Source of the DNA: Amphiscolops sp. MND2022
Taxonomy: Eukaryota
DNA: 64,000 bases
Assembly (NCBI GenBank): GCA_964187785.1
Contig: OZ076413.1
Location: 50,842,001 to 50,906,000 of the forward strand
Direction of reading: 5' to 3'
In this document: piece after piece, positions 47,601 through 60,685 of the stretch
Layout: each line of letters opens with the position of its first letter
How positions within the stretch are numbered: the stretch's first letter is position 1
The notes under the pieces: model-generated
The model's database searches: none
What the model was told of the DNA's origin: nothing
The model's input: the letters and a program-made list of their open reading frames with translations, nothing else
Made by a program: the position numbers and the translations under genes

Positions 47601-50263
47601 TCCACACGCTCCAATAGCGTTGATCATCAGGGGGCGCATACTGAAATCAGGCAGGCAAATTTGTTTCTAAATTGGGTTTCCAAGGTTCCATTCTAGAGTC
47701 TTCTACATTCAATTCTTCAAATTTTTGGTGAAAGAACAAAAAAGTACGGTTTTTAGATGCTGCAGACTTTTGAGTGGAAGATGCAGATTTTGTTGAATAC
47801 TTCAAAGTTTGCCTTCGATAATTATTTGAAATAGTTTTGCTGTTTTATGATTTTTTTGTTTTCTAAGTCTACTTCTACATGCATATATTCATATGACGCA
47901 ATGATTACTACACAAAACTAACATTTTGGTTTGTGGTGTAGAGACGAAGTCGATGATTTGCTTGAAGGAGTCTTGTTTTTTGAGGAATCTGAGGGTGCTG
48001 ATGATCATCTGGAACTCTTCCAGGGTCTCCAGGTTGAAAGTGGGGTCAGTGTCCGATTCCACCATCTGCACTATCCTCGTGGCCAGCTTCTTGATCAGCT
48101 GCACGTTGGTCTCTTCCGAGGTGAAGCCAGTGTACACGTTGTTCTGCTCCATTGTCTTCTCCAGGGTAAAAGGCGTGAACAAAGTGTCCCTTCTCTTTAC
48201 CATGGTGTCAGGCATCGGCAAAATTCCATTCGTTTCTTGCATGAATTTCACTTCTTGTCTAGAAACATATACATTTATAGGTACTAGTCATAATTGAGTG
48301 AAAGACGTTTTTAGCTACAGTTTTGTTCCGGATACAACAATGCTTAGTTAGCAATTTTCAACTTTTATCTTTTTGATTATTGTTTCCCATGATTTTTGTA
48401 GGGCCTGGCTGTATAGAAATCGTTCATATAACAATCCAAAATTTCTTTGTTAATTTCTCGGTTTGTTGTCAATTTGCATGTTTTCCTTCGAACAAAACTA
48501 AGATTTGGTTCAAAAGTATTTTACACTTCATTACCTGGTGTACACGATGTTCTCGGTTCTGGCACCCAAGTGAGTGAGAGTGGTGTATCTTGCTTCGGAC
48601 ACGAGGTCGTGTAGGAAGAGGTGATGTTCGGATTCAGTTACGTTCATCTTCGTGACCAATGAGGATTGCAGGAAAGGTGTTCGTTCCTCTTGGCTATCCA
48701 GAGTGAAGATTGCATCTCGGTTCAGAGCAACATCTTCGCACTCGTCCAGAGTGAACACTTTAGTCATAGTCATGATGTCTACGTCATTTGGCTGCTCCAT
48801 GATGTCATAAGTGACGTTGCAGTTTTTGCCAACGATGGAGTCCTGAAATTAACCATTGGAAGCTAATGTTTCTCGAGACACGCACAAAAAATTTCCAATG
48901 AATGGTTACCGCTATCACAAATTGCATTCATATAATATAAAGAAGCTTTAGATAGTTTAAGAGTCGTTTTTAGTTTTTTGTTTTGGTTTTTAAAATATCA
49001 AAACTTGACCCATTTAAGTTGTCTCCGAGGGGATTTCCGAAATCAAAAGGTGCATAATAAAGAAATCAAGATTTTGAAGAGAGTTTTCTTCAACTCACTT
49101 GCAACCTCGAGTATGCTAACGAATAGTGGGGTTTCAAGTGAAGCTTGCGGAGTTACCTCAGTGAATCGTTTGACTTTGTCGTCATCTTCCAACTCGGGGA
49201 TCTGGAACTTCTCAATGATGCCAGTGAGTATGTCGAGGATCCACTCTGGCATGTCCTTCTCTGCGTGGATGTCCCTGATGACTCCCTTCACGCGGGAGAA
49301 GGAGACGGGTCGGGAGAGGAATGCGTCCAGCTCTTGTTCCACTTCTGCGGGCAGGGTGAGGAACTGGATGGGGTCATCCAACGCAGTCTCCAGGTCAGGC
49401 ACACGGTCAACGGGCAGAGTGGTCTCGGAGTTCAGGTCAATCACTCGAAGCACTGGGTGGTCCAACTGAAACAATTTATTGCAACATACTTCAAGGAACA
49501 ACACATTTATTCACTTCAAAAGCCAAAAGCCTGTATTCAATTACAATTTATTAAGCTAAAGCTAATATGCATCTAAGCATTTACTTATTCTTGCAAGTTT
49601 TTCTCTTTTTGTTGGGACTGAAAATGTATTTTCGTCGTCGTTTTGTTTCCTAACTTCTATATTAAATTTTCTCTCATATGACTGACTGTTTCGACCAACT
49701 ATAGATGTGATTTGTTTGTAAAGAGTGATTACCATCATGGTGAACTTTTCTATGCATTCACAGATGGGGGCCAAGGGTCCAATCACGTGGTGGGTGCACT
49801 TGCAGTCGCTTTGTTGTGTCATCTCCAGGTGAAGGGGGCTCCACATGATGATGCCTGTGCGTCCATTGCCCAGAGAGGGCACCCCACTCACTGTGTACTG
49901 TTTCAGTTGGTGCAAGTACACCTTGTCCTTTTCGTAGCCCCCGTGTTTGTCATCATGAGTAGTCATATCCATTCCCATTCCCATGGGAGGACGCGTGTGG
50001 ATGCGACCAGCATCTGAAACAAGGCAGAGTGTGCTCAACAAAGAATGAGCTCAACTGTATCATACAGTTGATAGGACCTATGATAGGACCTTGGTTTAAG
50101 TATTGGATTACATTCTGCTTGTGTATTGAAACGTAATGTATTGTTTAAAATATTGTGATGGCATATTACTCCTATGGCAAATCATTGAAAAAGGTTCACA
50201 TGAAAACTTCAACTTACAAGAGATGCTGAAGAGGGCCAAGAGGGTTACTCCCAGCAACTTCAT
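41622..50263 (-). CDS. Vitellogenin/apolipophorin-like large lipid transfer protein, ~1576 aa. Exons 50263-50218, 50013-49733, 49465-49157, 48842-48535, 48258-47923, 47640-47310, 47040-46625, 46335-45619, 45349-45025, 44714-44525, 44232-43922, 43470-43267, 43001-42462, 42249-41977, 41765-41622
   Basis: GT-AG introns with consistent phases (4731 nt). Signal peptide MKLLGVTLLALFSIS. LLT/Vitellogenin_N motifs (E|DSIVGKNCNVTY, ILRSIKNSG, ELRIGAM, ETDKQMGNFVYSYL, YSKNF). C-terminal VWD with LCGLCGDNNG. AATAAA at 41445-41450. Confidence 0.9.
43596..43763. mobile_element. Tc1/pogo-type MITE in a vitellogenin intron
   Basis: TIR CAGTGGATCC(T/C)GGATA; TA flanks. Confidence 0.85.
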
Positions 50264-50438
50264 CTTGGAGATGTGATCGGCTCCTCAAACGAAGACACAC
50301 CAGAAGAGTTCTGATTGGTCCAGAGAGTTATCCAATGAGAGAAATGGAAAAAAGACGTTTAAGAGTGACTCGAAGAACGTAGTGAACAGATCCCGAGATT
50401 ACTCAGATGAGATTGGTATTGGGTTTGAGAAGTGTTGC

Positions 50439-50445
50439 TTTTATA
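50439..50445 (-). promoter_or_regulatory. Candidate TATA box of the vitellogenin-like gene
   Basis: GGGCTATAAAAGC on the minus strand, ~180 bp upstream of the ATG. Confidence 0.5.
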
Positions 50446-53249
50446 GCCCTTATCTGTACTCATCTAAATGAACCTTGATCTTGCATATTCCTCATTTAGA
50501 AATTGATTATCAGTTTTGTCTGCGATGTCAGCCAGTATTAATCAAGTTGTCATTTTTCAGATTGCATTCCACGCTGATTTTGATTCACTATCTTAACTAG
50601 TGATTACATCCTAGATATAATCCATGAATCTTGAAATTTGTCGATGCTATAACTCAAAATCGTGTCATTTTTGTTTGTCAGGCATCCATGTCGCAGACAA
50701 ATCTCGCATGTACATTAGATTTTAACCTGAGAGATTTTGATCTGATACTACTGGTTATAACTTTTATAGATAATAAGTTGAATGTTTTAGAAACCAAAGA
50801 CTTGTTCCAGTAATTTCAATGCTTTTGAAACTTTGGTTTATTAATTTAACATGGTTAATGTCAAGTTAATTCTGAAATTTATAAACATGCCTCGAGTTGC
50901 CGCAACAGTATACAGAAACAAAATAGGGCAAAAACAACTGAAATTCTGGAATACCATGAATGAAATCTATAAAATCAACATGTCTAAAAACGTTAGGACA
51001 ACCTACTTGTTGAAACTCAGAGTGAAACTTATAACAATAGTTTTATCATCTTTATTGTAGTTTTCAGTGTATTCGAAACTATGCCGTTATCAAAAACTCA
51101 ATTTCTAGAAAAAAAAGTTTTGACTAGAGATGATCGAAAGAGTAAAAAGCGAATGAATCTGAATCACGTGACTTCAATAGATTGACACAATATGGAATAA
51201 AACATTTGCGCGTGAACAGTGGAGTTGATGTGTACAAAATTTTTGTAGCCACCTAATTTTAAAGCCTTCAGTGAAGCGAATTTCATTTTTTAAAATGTTT
51301 CTTAGCAAACAGATAGTGAAAATATCAACGAAAGTCTTCATTAATTAGGCATCTGATTGCCATGATTCCAATTTCGGTTTCGTGTTGCTTTCGTTAAAAG
51401 ACATATTTGCTATTTTCAATATTAAATGCGAGCCTTTTTTCGAATTTTTTCGATACTTTGCTGCAATATACCATTGCTTTAGAAAATTAACTAAACTATT
51501 GCCATCATTGATTCTCAAAAATGAATTTCATAATAGAAGATTTTTTTCAATTTCATGTTACTCCTAGGTATCTATGACAAGTGTTTCAAAAATTCATTTA
51601 AACCATACTAATTTTACAGACCGTGTTCCAAATAATGACAGTTTTGCTGAAAAGTTTATATGTTTAAAAAGCACAATGCCAGAGAAAAATGCTAGAAATT
51701 CTCGTATTACCACTTTTATGCCCTTTTTGTTGACTGTTTTGGTGGGTATCAAAAACTGAAGATTTCGGAGACAATTATTTGAAAAACAACTGTCCAGTAA
51801 GCGTTCATGCGGAATTGGGAACTGACTTTTTTCATTTTAGGTTGTTTATGCTTCTGATTTACACTTTTTGGATGTTTTCGTTGGTGTTTCCACATTTTTT
51901 TTGAAAAATAAAATGAACCAAAAAGACGAAATTTTTTCAGAACTGTTTTGAAAGTTCGCAGTTTATTGGCATCGCTCGAGATTCACGTCGTCACTAATAA
52001 AAGTTCGGTGCGAAAAGTATTTCAGTGCTCACTTATTGTTAAAGACAGCCGAAAAAATTTTCACTCCGTTTTTTCATGCTACTTTTTTGTTAATAATTTG
52101 GTTCTAAAAATACTGACCCGGGGACCTTTTTTTGATATCCCTATTTTTGGAGGTTTCTTAGTTTTAAAACAGACAAAACGGTAATTTGCGTTTTCTATCG
52201 AAAGGCTCCGGTTAAAAATCTCAATGTTGCACATAGTAACCAGTAGGGATACTTTTTTGCGGCATTGTCAAATCCGGCCGTCATTTATTCGCTGATTCCT
52301 GCATTTTAGGTACTTCTGGCTTTGCCTTAAAAACAAAATTTATTGCTTAGGAGTCGGAAACAACAGTCCCTTGTTATTTTTCAATACGTGGCAAAGCCAG
52401 AAAGCAGAATATTCCGATATTTTGCTGATAAATCGCTTAAGGTAAGTCCAATTTTTGCTAGTAAACGCAACTGTCTAGCCAAGTCCCAAGCCGGGTTTTT
52501 ACTTGGACGAAAAGTGGTGTTTCCTTGGAAAACATGTGACGTGAATGATGGGGAAAATGTTCTTGAGGTTGTGTGCAGCACCAATATTGTTCAGAGGCAG
52601 CATCGGTCATCAACATGAATTGAATTTAGTTAACATCGAGGTGACCTTCTGCTGAAACACTGGTGCATCTGTCTTCTCGAGCGTAATTGCAACATAGTAG
52701 GGCTCCGAAACACCAGCGCTCCATAATTCCCTAATTTAGAACGGGTAATATCAGTTACTAATCAGTTAACCTCTAAAATACTTCAAAACCATCCTGGATC
52801 CATTTTCATTCTCATGCAGATGTTAAATTTTTCGAAGGGGGCTTTTTGTGAACTGAAAAAAACTACGCATTAAACGTTGTTTACTACACATTAAAACTAC
52901 ACATTATTTCCATCTTTTCTTGAAAAAACGCTCGAAAAACGCTCCGATAGTACTAAAACCCATTTTTTTGAAACAGAAGTTCCGAATTGAAACAGAACAA
53001 TCAGCTGACAGATTCAGCCAGTATTTCGAACCCGAACGAAAAAGGTGCTTCAATTTTTCTCAACTTGTGAATTGCATCTAGTCGAATTTTCTAGCTACAT
53101 GGTAAACGAAACTGTGGAGCTTCTGAAGAGAAAAAACAGGAATATTTTATTTTCATATCCCAGTTATTTGAACTTCAAAAACGACACGAAGATAATTCAA
53201 TACACCTAAACTCAATAAAAATTTACAAAATGACTTTTTGCACATGAAG

Positions 53250-53408
53250 AAGTCAATGTGCATTGCAGTCCAACTAAGAAAGTTTTTTTTCCACAATAGC
53301 CAACTTCATAATAAGCGCCTTTTAGAGAAAAGCCAAAACCCCAGAGAGATTCGAACCTGCAGCCTCCCGATTGCGCGGCATAAGTGTTAACCACTGTGCC
53401 ATAAGGAC
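53250..53408 (-). mobile_element. tRNA-derived SINE (head plus short body)
   Basis: Minus strand A-box TGGCACAGTGG and B-box GGTTCGAATC; no intact cloverleaf; 3' end uncertain. Confidence 0.65.
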
Positions 53409-53949
53409 GGTATTGAATTAAGTTGAACTGTTGAATATATACGCATGCGATTAAAATAATATATATACGCATATTAAAATAATCGTTGTCTTCGTCATGT
53501 GTTGCGAAGCACCGCTTCGCCTCTGTGTTAGAAGTAGAAGTCTTGAATGTAGAAATCACGCTCTTCGTAACGCGTACTCAAAACTTTTTTGTGGAAACAG
53601 ATTGCATCTCTGTGCTCGCGAGTGTCCCTTGGTCGTGATCAAACCAACTTGGGGCAAAGCTGGTGAAGCAGTTACATGGAAGTGTTTGTCTATGAAAGCG
53701 ATGACCATTGTATAAAGGAGCTGTCAGTTTTGTGTATTTCTATTTGTTTTGCCTAGTTTTCATTGATTTTTGTTCATAGTTGTTCCGAGATATCTTTTTA
53801 CTTTCGTTTCATGAAGCCAATGGTTCTTTGCCAGAACCAAAATTTTCTCAGTTTTTTGGTTCACAATTTTTAGGAGTCGGAAAAAATTTTCGACTACTTA
53901 TCCAATCGTGTGTCGTTTTTTTTCTCCCGACCTTTTCATGAAAATTTCA

Positions 53950-54460
53950 AATTTCTCAAAAACAGTCCATACGATTTTCATAAAATTTTGCAGTCATACT
54001 ACACCCAAAGGGGCCCTGCGTGCTCAAAGACATCAAAATCGTATGACTGGAACGTGAGAAACATAGCCAAAATTAGCCCAAAAATGGCCGAAAAAAGTCA
54101 TTTTTCGACTTGTTTGGATTTTCTCATTGTCCATACGATTCGAACGAAATTTTTTACAGTCATTCTACACCATATTAGAATCCTATATGTGCAATGGCAT
54201 CAAAATCGTATGGCTGGGATGTGAGAAACATAGCCAAAAAGTCATTTTTCGGTTTTTCGATTTTCTCAAAAACTGTCCATACGATTCGAACGAAATTTTC
54301 TACAAACATTCTACACCATAATATGGTCCTTTATGTGCAATTTCATTGAATTCGTATGGCTGGGATGTGAGAAACATAGCCAAAATTAACCAAAAATGGC
54401 CAAAAAACCGCCATTTTTCGATTTTCTCAAAAACTGTCCATACGATTTGAACAAAAATCC
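53950..54460. repeat. Diverged ~145-170-bp tandem repeat (3-4 units)
   Basis: Recurrent TTTCTCAAAAAC(A/T)GTCCATACGATT and GTGAGAAACATAGCCAAAA. Confidence 0.85.
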
Positions 54461-54760
54461 GATTCAACCTCAGTGGCAGTTGGAAGTTACTGAAATTTGT
54501 AGAAATTATTGTTTAGGTCTGTTACTTCGCGTCTCTTAAAAAAATCACTGCTATAGTCGGCTTTTACTTCGTATGCGTCGACTAAAAGCTTGGCTTAGTG
54601 CGGGACTCAAAACCACAGCCTCCTGCTTCAACAGGCCCCAAAATCCGCGTTCATCACTGGGCCAACAGCAGGCGGGAGTAGGTTTACAAAATTTATGAAA
54701 GTTCAAGTTTGTAAATGTGGACCAAGTTTGTAAACATAATGGCTCAAGAAAAAGTCAAAA

Positions 54761-55309
54761 AATCGGAAATTGAATTGGCCACAAATAATCCCAACATGTA
54801 CATAGCCCCAAAACCCGTAGATGATCAAAATAAACAATGGAAAGAAGCAAAAGAAAGCACAATTCCGGAACCACAAGAAGAAGAAGAAGAAGAAAACAGC
54901 AATGGAGAGCAAGAATCAACTATTCCATACGGTGAGCCACAAGAAGCTGAAAACAGTCAAGAATAAGAAGACCCGAAAAGAATCCCAGTAAAAGGAACCG
55001 TCAAATGGGGAAAGGAACGAAATAGTGCTGAACGCGCTAGAACCTCCACTCTAGTCACCAAAAAGCCCGACAGATGGGGCAACAACATCATGGTGACGAA
55101 AATAGAAGAAGCATCCAGCGCAGAAAATGAAAGCCTGCCTAGCGTAATTGAAATAGCTAACCCGAACCCGAAGAAATAAACTTAGCTCACAAACCCGTAC
55201 TTAAACTGTCATGAACATTACGATGTGGTTTATCACCGTGTTCATTATTGAGGGTAGTTCTAGTTTTCGCGTTGTAATGAACTTCGGAATAACTTTCCGG
55301 TCTCTCGTC
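54761..55309 (+). repeat. Duplicate of internal Gypsy segment 59679-60220
   Basis: Near-identical ~550 bp covering the pol 3' end and the end of the antisense ORF. Confidence 0.92.
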
Positions 55310-55362
55310 GTTTGCACCTTCATTCGTTCTTTCCTCCTTCAGTATTAGCGCAGGTCTATAAC

Positions 55363-58300
55363 ATGGCGCAGCGAGCTGATGAAGAAAATTCTAACTCGCC
55401 ACTTCCTGGGGTGACATACTTTTGGCAGGAGGCCGACAAATCTCCCAGTAATGATTGGGAACAATGGATGTAACCTTTTGAAGTTGCCGTGTTAGCCAGA
55501 CATTCGATTTCGATAACTGAGTTACTTCGAAACGCAGATCAGCAAAATCCCAGACAAGCAACCCTGATGGGAATAATGGAAGAAACACCTGCGGAAGGAG
55601 AGGTAATTAGTCTTCTATACATTGCAATTGGCAAAACGGGCGAAAAATGCTGATGGACAAGTTTCCGCAAATCAACATATTCCTGATTGAATTACAAGAC
55701 ATAATACAACATTGCTTAGAATGTTTTCAAATTCGACGAAATAGAACTCTTGACCGCCATACTTTTCTCTCCCGGAAACAAAAGCCAAGTGAAACATTGC
55801 ATCAGTTTTGGAATGTCTTAAACGGACTAGCGGCGAGGTGTGATTTCGGAAATCAAACTGAAGGCCTAGTTTATGATATTTTCGTCCTAAACATGGCAAA
55901 CAAACAAGTGCAGGAAAAGCTCTGCACAGAGCCAAAGGATAATCCTGTTGACGCTCTCCAATTTGCCATTGCATTTGAAGACGGCTTAAAGAGACAACGT
56001 ACTTACGGTTATATCAATCAGGTGCCCAAAGTGAAGATGGAACCAGTCTGTTCAATAAGCGGCTCAAGACAGAATGAGAGAGAATGCTGGAGATGTGGTG
56101 CGCTCAATTTCACTATGGACCACTTGAATCGGTGTAAAGCTCCAAATTCCATGTGCAATTACTGTGGCAAAAAGGGGCACCTAGAGAAAGTATGCAATCA
56201 GAAGAAAAATGACAAAATTCCAAATACTGCCAAAAATCGGGGTTTTGCCAAAAGAGTTCAACTTGTTGATCAAGACGAAACTGACGAAGAGGATGAAAAC
56301 TACATGGTCCTAAACGTCGAAGGAAATGTGGATAAAGCTGAACCATTTTACATGGAAGGCTTTATAAACGGAAATCGATATAAAGCAATGATCGCTACGG
56401 GATCCCCGGTAACTATCTTCGCGTTGGATGACATCAAAACAATAATGAAAAGAGACAACTTACCAGTCAGAGAGATAGTGAAGGGTGAACGCTATTAGGA
56501 CTTCAACGGCAAACCGCTTCAATTACTGGGATATGTGTTCTGCGAGTTGCAAGTAAACGATGTGTACATAAAGAAAGCAAGAGTGCTAATAGCAAAGAAT
56601 GGCACAAAATCAATTATCGGAAGAGAGTGGTTGACGACGTTAAAATACAAACTTGTTCCCGATCAAAAAGGTGAGTTAGATGTAAATTCAATAGAAAAAG
56701 AAAAAGACCTAAGCGCAGAAACCAAGCAATTCGTAAAGGAATTTCCAAAACTGTTCGAAAGACGGGGAAAGGTAAAAAACCATAAGGTGCGAATTAATTT
56801 CAAAACCGATGCTAATATAACACAACAAAAAGGGAGGAGGATCACAATTCAGCTACAAAAGGCCGTAGACGAGGAAATCGGACGTTTGCTAAAAGAAGGC
56901 CATATTGAAAAAATTAATGAAATAAAACACGATGTGTTTATCCAGCCGACAGTAATAACGGTAAAGAAAGACCGCTCGGTAAAAATAGCATTAGATGCAA
57001 GGGCACTTAACCGTGCAATAGATAAGGACAAATACCAGATGCCAAAATTGGAAATTCTACTAGACATGGTGGCAGAAAAACTAGATTCGGAAAATGGAGA
57101 AGCGTGGTTTTCGTCAGTAGATATGACATATGCATATGGCCAAATACCCTTGCACCTGCTAACAGCAAAACATTGTAACTTTCAAATAATCGGGGAGAGT
57201 CGACTGGAACATATAGATTTGTTACTGGTTTTTACGGTCTGTCGGTTATGCCGACAGAATTTCAAAAAGTCATGGATATGTTATTAGCTAAATTTAGAGA
57301 AGTGTTTGTGTTCATAGATGATATCTTAATAGTAACTAAGGGAACCAAGTCAGAACATTTAGATAAAGTGCGGGAAATTTTGAAAACACTTTACGACGCC
57401 GAATTACAATTAAAGGCGGGAAAATGCATGATAGCCGAAAACGAAATTGAGTGGCTAGGCTTTAAATTGACCAATCAAGGAATGTTGCCAGTAAATTCAA
57501 AAGTACAAGGAATTACTGAGAAGCTTCGCCCAACAAATATAAAAGAACTAAGATCGTTCCTGGGGGCGGTGAATCAATTTAATAAATATATTCCGGATCT
57601 CGCATCAATTTGTTTTCCGTTCAGATCGATACTCAAAAAAGATGCTGAGTGGAATTGGACTGATGAGCATGAAAAAGCGTTTGAGAATGTAAATAAAGAA
57701 GTAAAAAGAGTAGCCAATTTGACACATTTTAAAAGGAACAAACCAATTCGAATAATATGCGACGCAAGCAAACAAGGACTAGGGGCGGTGCTCCAGCAGT
57801 GCGAAGAAAACGAATGGAAACCCATTTCTTATGCATCCAGATTTTTTACAGAATTGGAAGCAAAATATTCAATTAATGAATTAGAGTTATTAGCTGTAGT
57901 TTGGTCGGTTGAACATTTTAAAAATTACGTGTATGGGGTTCCATTCGGAATAGTATCAGACCACAAAGCGTTACAAAGTGTATTAAAGTCGAACAAAGGG
58001 AATAAAACGTATTCTAGCAGACAGAGAGATGGGTAGACAGATTACGGCCATTTGATTTTTCAATTGTACATACACCAGGTAGAACGTTAGGAATGGCAGA
58101 CTACCTATCACGTCACCCATCAAAGTATGAAGGCGCCTCAATTCTAGCCGAAAAGCTATTTAATGATTGGTTTACGGTAAGTGTAGTCGATGACATCACG
58201 CCAAACTTTACAGGATTGGCGAACTCACGAGAACCAATCAGAAGCCGAGAAAGTGTGAAATTGGAGAAAGCGAATGTAAATAGAATACTGACAGTGCTTG

Positions 58301-60089
58301 ATAAAACGCAAACAAATAAAGTTAGTGAGATAATTGCCAAGCCGCCTGAAAACGAATTAATGGCTTTCAACAATGAATTGGCGTCGTCGAAAATTAGCAA
58401 CATATATATATATATAAGCTAATGCAGAAAACGATAGACTCATTCAAAGAGTTATCGGCCTAGTTCGATCTTGCAATAACGCTGTAATTGCCCGCCTTCC
58501 CCCTCCCTGGAGGGAAAAGTTTAATTCCTTCTCCGTTAGTGAAAACGGCCTACTTTACATGGATAATAGATTAGTTATCCCCAAGGATATGCGCGAGAAC
58601 GTCCTTCGGGCGATCCATTTTGGACACGCCGGACGCGATGCAATGCTCCGAGAGGCGTCGGATATTTGGTGGCCCCGAGTACATCGGGAAATTGTGGAAA
58701 AAGCAAAAACTTGCACGGAATGTCAACACGCAGGCAAGAATTTAAAATGTTTAAAGTCTCAAAACGAATTTGGAAAATTACCGGAAACAAATAAACCGAA
58801 TGAAGAAAGTGCGTTAGATTTCGCGGGACCATTTCAAAATGCTAACCAAAAGAAAAAACATTTATTAGTATTGGTAGACAATCATTCAGGCTGGCCGAAC
58901 GCACTATTCTTGCCAAATCCCACAACTGAAAAAGTTATAGACTTCGTGTTAGAATATATAGCCGCAAATGGGCTACCAAAAAGAATTCGAACCGACCCAG
59001 GCTTAGTGTTCAAAAGCGAAAAGTTCAAACTGTTTTGTAGCCACAATTTTATTGATCACGTAATATGCCCGGTAAGAGATCATAGGGGGAATGGCAAAGT
59101 AGAAAAAATGATACGTACAATTAACGAGAGATTGAGAAAAAATAAACAAGTCGTGATATCAAAAGAAAAAACCGGATTATCAACAATACTATTGGCTTTA
59201 CGCTCAGAAAAAGGGTCAGATGGCAAATCCGCGTTTGAACGGCATTTAGGCAGAACGCCAAATACACCGAAATCTCGTTTAATTGAAAAATGTGTTTTAG
59301 AAAAAGACCCAGCCATAAACATCGAGCCAGAGGACTTTAGCGAGGAGGCGGACTCCACAATCCTTGTTAGGGAAAGGGTCCGTGGAACGAAACTAGAGGC
59401 CCCATTCAAAAAAGTGAAAGGCAAGGTGGTGGAGCAAACTGACCACACAATAACAGTAAAACAAAGCTCGAGCAAGATGTCAACTATATATTCAAGAAGA
59501 GATGTAGCCAATAGCTCAGAACTAAAAAAGAAAGTAAAAGTGCCAAAAGAAAAGAAAGGGGCAAAAAGTGGAAGCGTGCCAAAAACAAGTGAACAGCCAG
59601 GAAAAGGGAAAAGGCCAAAGCGAAAAAGACAGGCAATTGAAGGTGAAAAGGAGCCAGAAGATTTAGGCCAAGTAGCACAATCGGAAATTGAATTGGCCAC
59701 AAATAATCCCAACATGTACATAGCCTTAAACCCCGTACATGATCAAAATAAACATTGGAAAGAAGAAAAAAAAGCACAATTCCGGAACCACAAGAAGAAG
59801 AAGAGAACAGCAATGGAGAGCAAGAATCAACTATTTCATACGGTGAGCCACAAGAAGCTGAAAACAGTCAAGAATAAGAAGACCCGAAAAGAATCCCAGT
59901 AAAAGGAACCGTCAAATGGGGAAAGGAACGAGATAGTGCTGAACGCTCTAGAACCTCCACTCTAGTCACCAAAAAGCCCGACAGATGGGGCAACAACATC
60001 GTGGTGACGAAAATAGAAGAAGCATCCAGCGCAGAAAATGAAAGCCTGCCTAGCGTAATTGAAATAGCTAACCGGAACCCGAAGAAATA
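55363..60089 (+). pseudogene. gag-pol polyprotein, disrupted
   Basis: ORF pieces 55647-56498, 56535-57287, 57248-58036, 58093-58422 and 58559-59902 in canonical Gypsy order. Confidence 0.9.
55364..55376 (+). promoter_or_regulatory. PBS complementary to tRNA-Ser(TGA)
   Basis: TGGCGCAGCGAGC matches the 3' end ...GCTCGCTGCG-CCA of metazoan tRNA-Ser(TGA), from recall. Confidence 0.75.
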
Positions 60090-60097
60090 AACTTAGC

Positions 60098-60685
60098 TCA
60101 CAAACCCGTACTTAAACTGTCATGAACATTACGATGTGGTTTATCACCGTGTTCATTATTGAGGGTAGTTCTAGTTTTCGCGTTGTACTGAACTTCGGAA
60201 TAACTTTCCGGTCTCTCGTCAGATCTCTCCCATCCCCTTCTAGTCTCCTGTCCTGAACCGGCCATAATGACGTTTTGATTCTGGGGCAAAACCTGATTAT
60301 TTATGGCGTCACTCATGGCTCTCTGAATCTGAGATTTAACACTGTCCATCATTACATCCATTTCTCTAGATATTCTAGAGTTCAATTCACTCGACAATTT
60401 ATTGATCTCAGCTTGAGAATCTATACTTGCTGAATTTCGGTCGTACCTGGTACTAGTCCCAACTCCAAGATTTCTATGGTCAGAATGGAGATCCATTTCC
60501 TCATTTTCCAAGTTATTACTTATAATACTTTCTTGCCTTCTAATGGAAGATCCATCGAGACTTTCGTCTCTCCTCGTATCATTGAAGTGATTTTCACCTA
60601 ACATTATGTCAAGGTTTTCAATGTCAGAGAGAATCTCTAATCCTCTAGATTTCCTTGCTTTCTTTTGCTTTCTTGTAGTAGGCAT
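60098..60685 (-). CDS. Antisense accessory ORF (195 aa): basic N-terminus, probable coiled coil
   Basis: Intact ATG-to-stop; MPTTRKQKKARKSR; stop lies ~8 nt from the ancestral pol stop. Confidence 0.6.
   Translation of the reverse strand: MPTTRKQKKARKSRGLEILSDIENLDIMLGENHFNDTRRDESLDGSSIRRQESIISNNLENEEMDLHSDHRNLGVGTSTRYDRNSASIDSQAEINKLSSELNSRISREMDVMMDSVKSQIQRAMSDAINNQVLPQNQNVIMAGSGQETRRGWERSDERPESYSEVQYNAKTRTTLNNEHGDKPHRNVHDSLSTGL

Noticed and set aside
49099..49156. Longer vitellogenin exon 3 ending at the GTGAGT donor near 49098
   Set aside because: Gives phase 1, incompatible with the next exon; the donor after 49157 keeps the frame and the conserved E-x-x-x-x-G-x-x-C motif.
41635..50017. 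Numerous plus-strand ORFs over the vitellogenin exons
   Set aside because: Antisense shadows of codon-biased exons with no independent motifs.
53950..54460. CRISPR-like array
   Set aside because: Long degenerate tandem units without unique spacers, in a eukaryotic context with no cas genes.
59080..59721. 213-aa minus-strand ORF
   Set aside because: Antisense to the Lys/Glu-rich integrase tail; composition (F/L/S-rich) is typical of a shadow ORF.
54761..60220. The ~550-bp direct repeats as LTRs of the right-hand Gypsy
   Set aside because: No TG...CA termini or PPT, they contain coding ends, and the real LTR end and PBS lie at 55363/55364.
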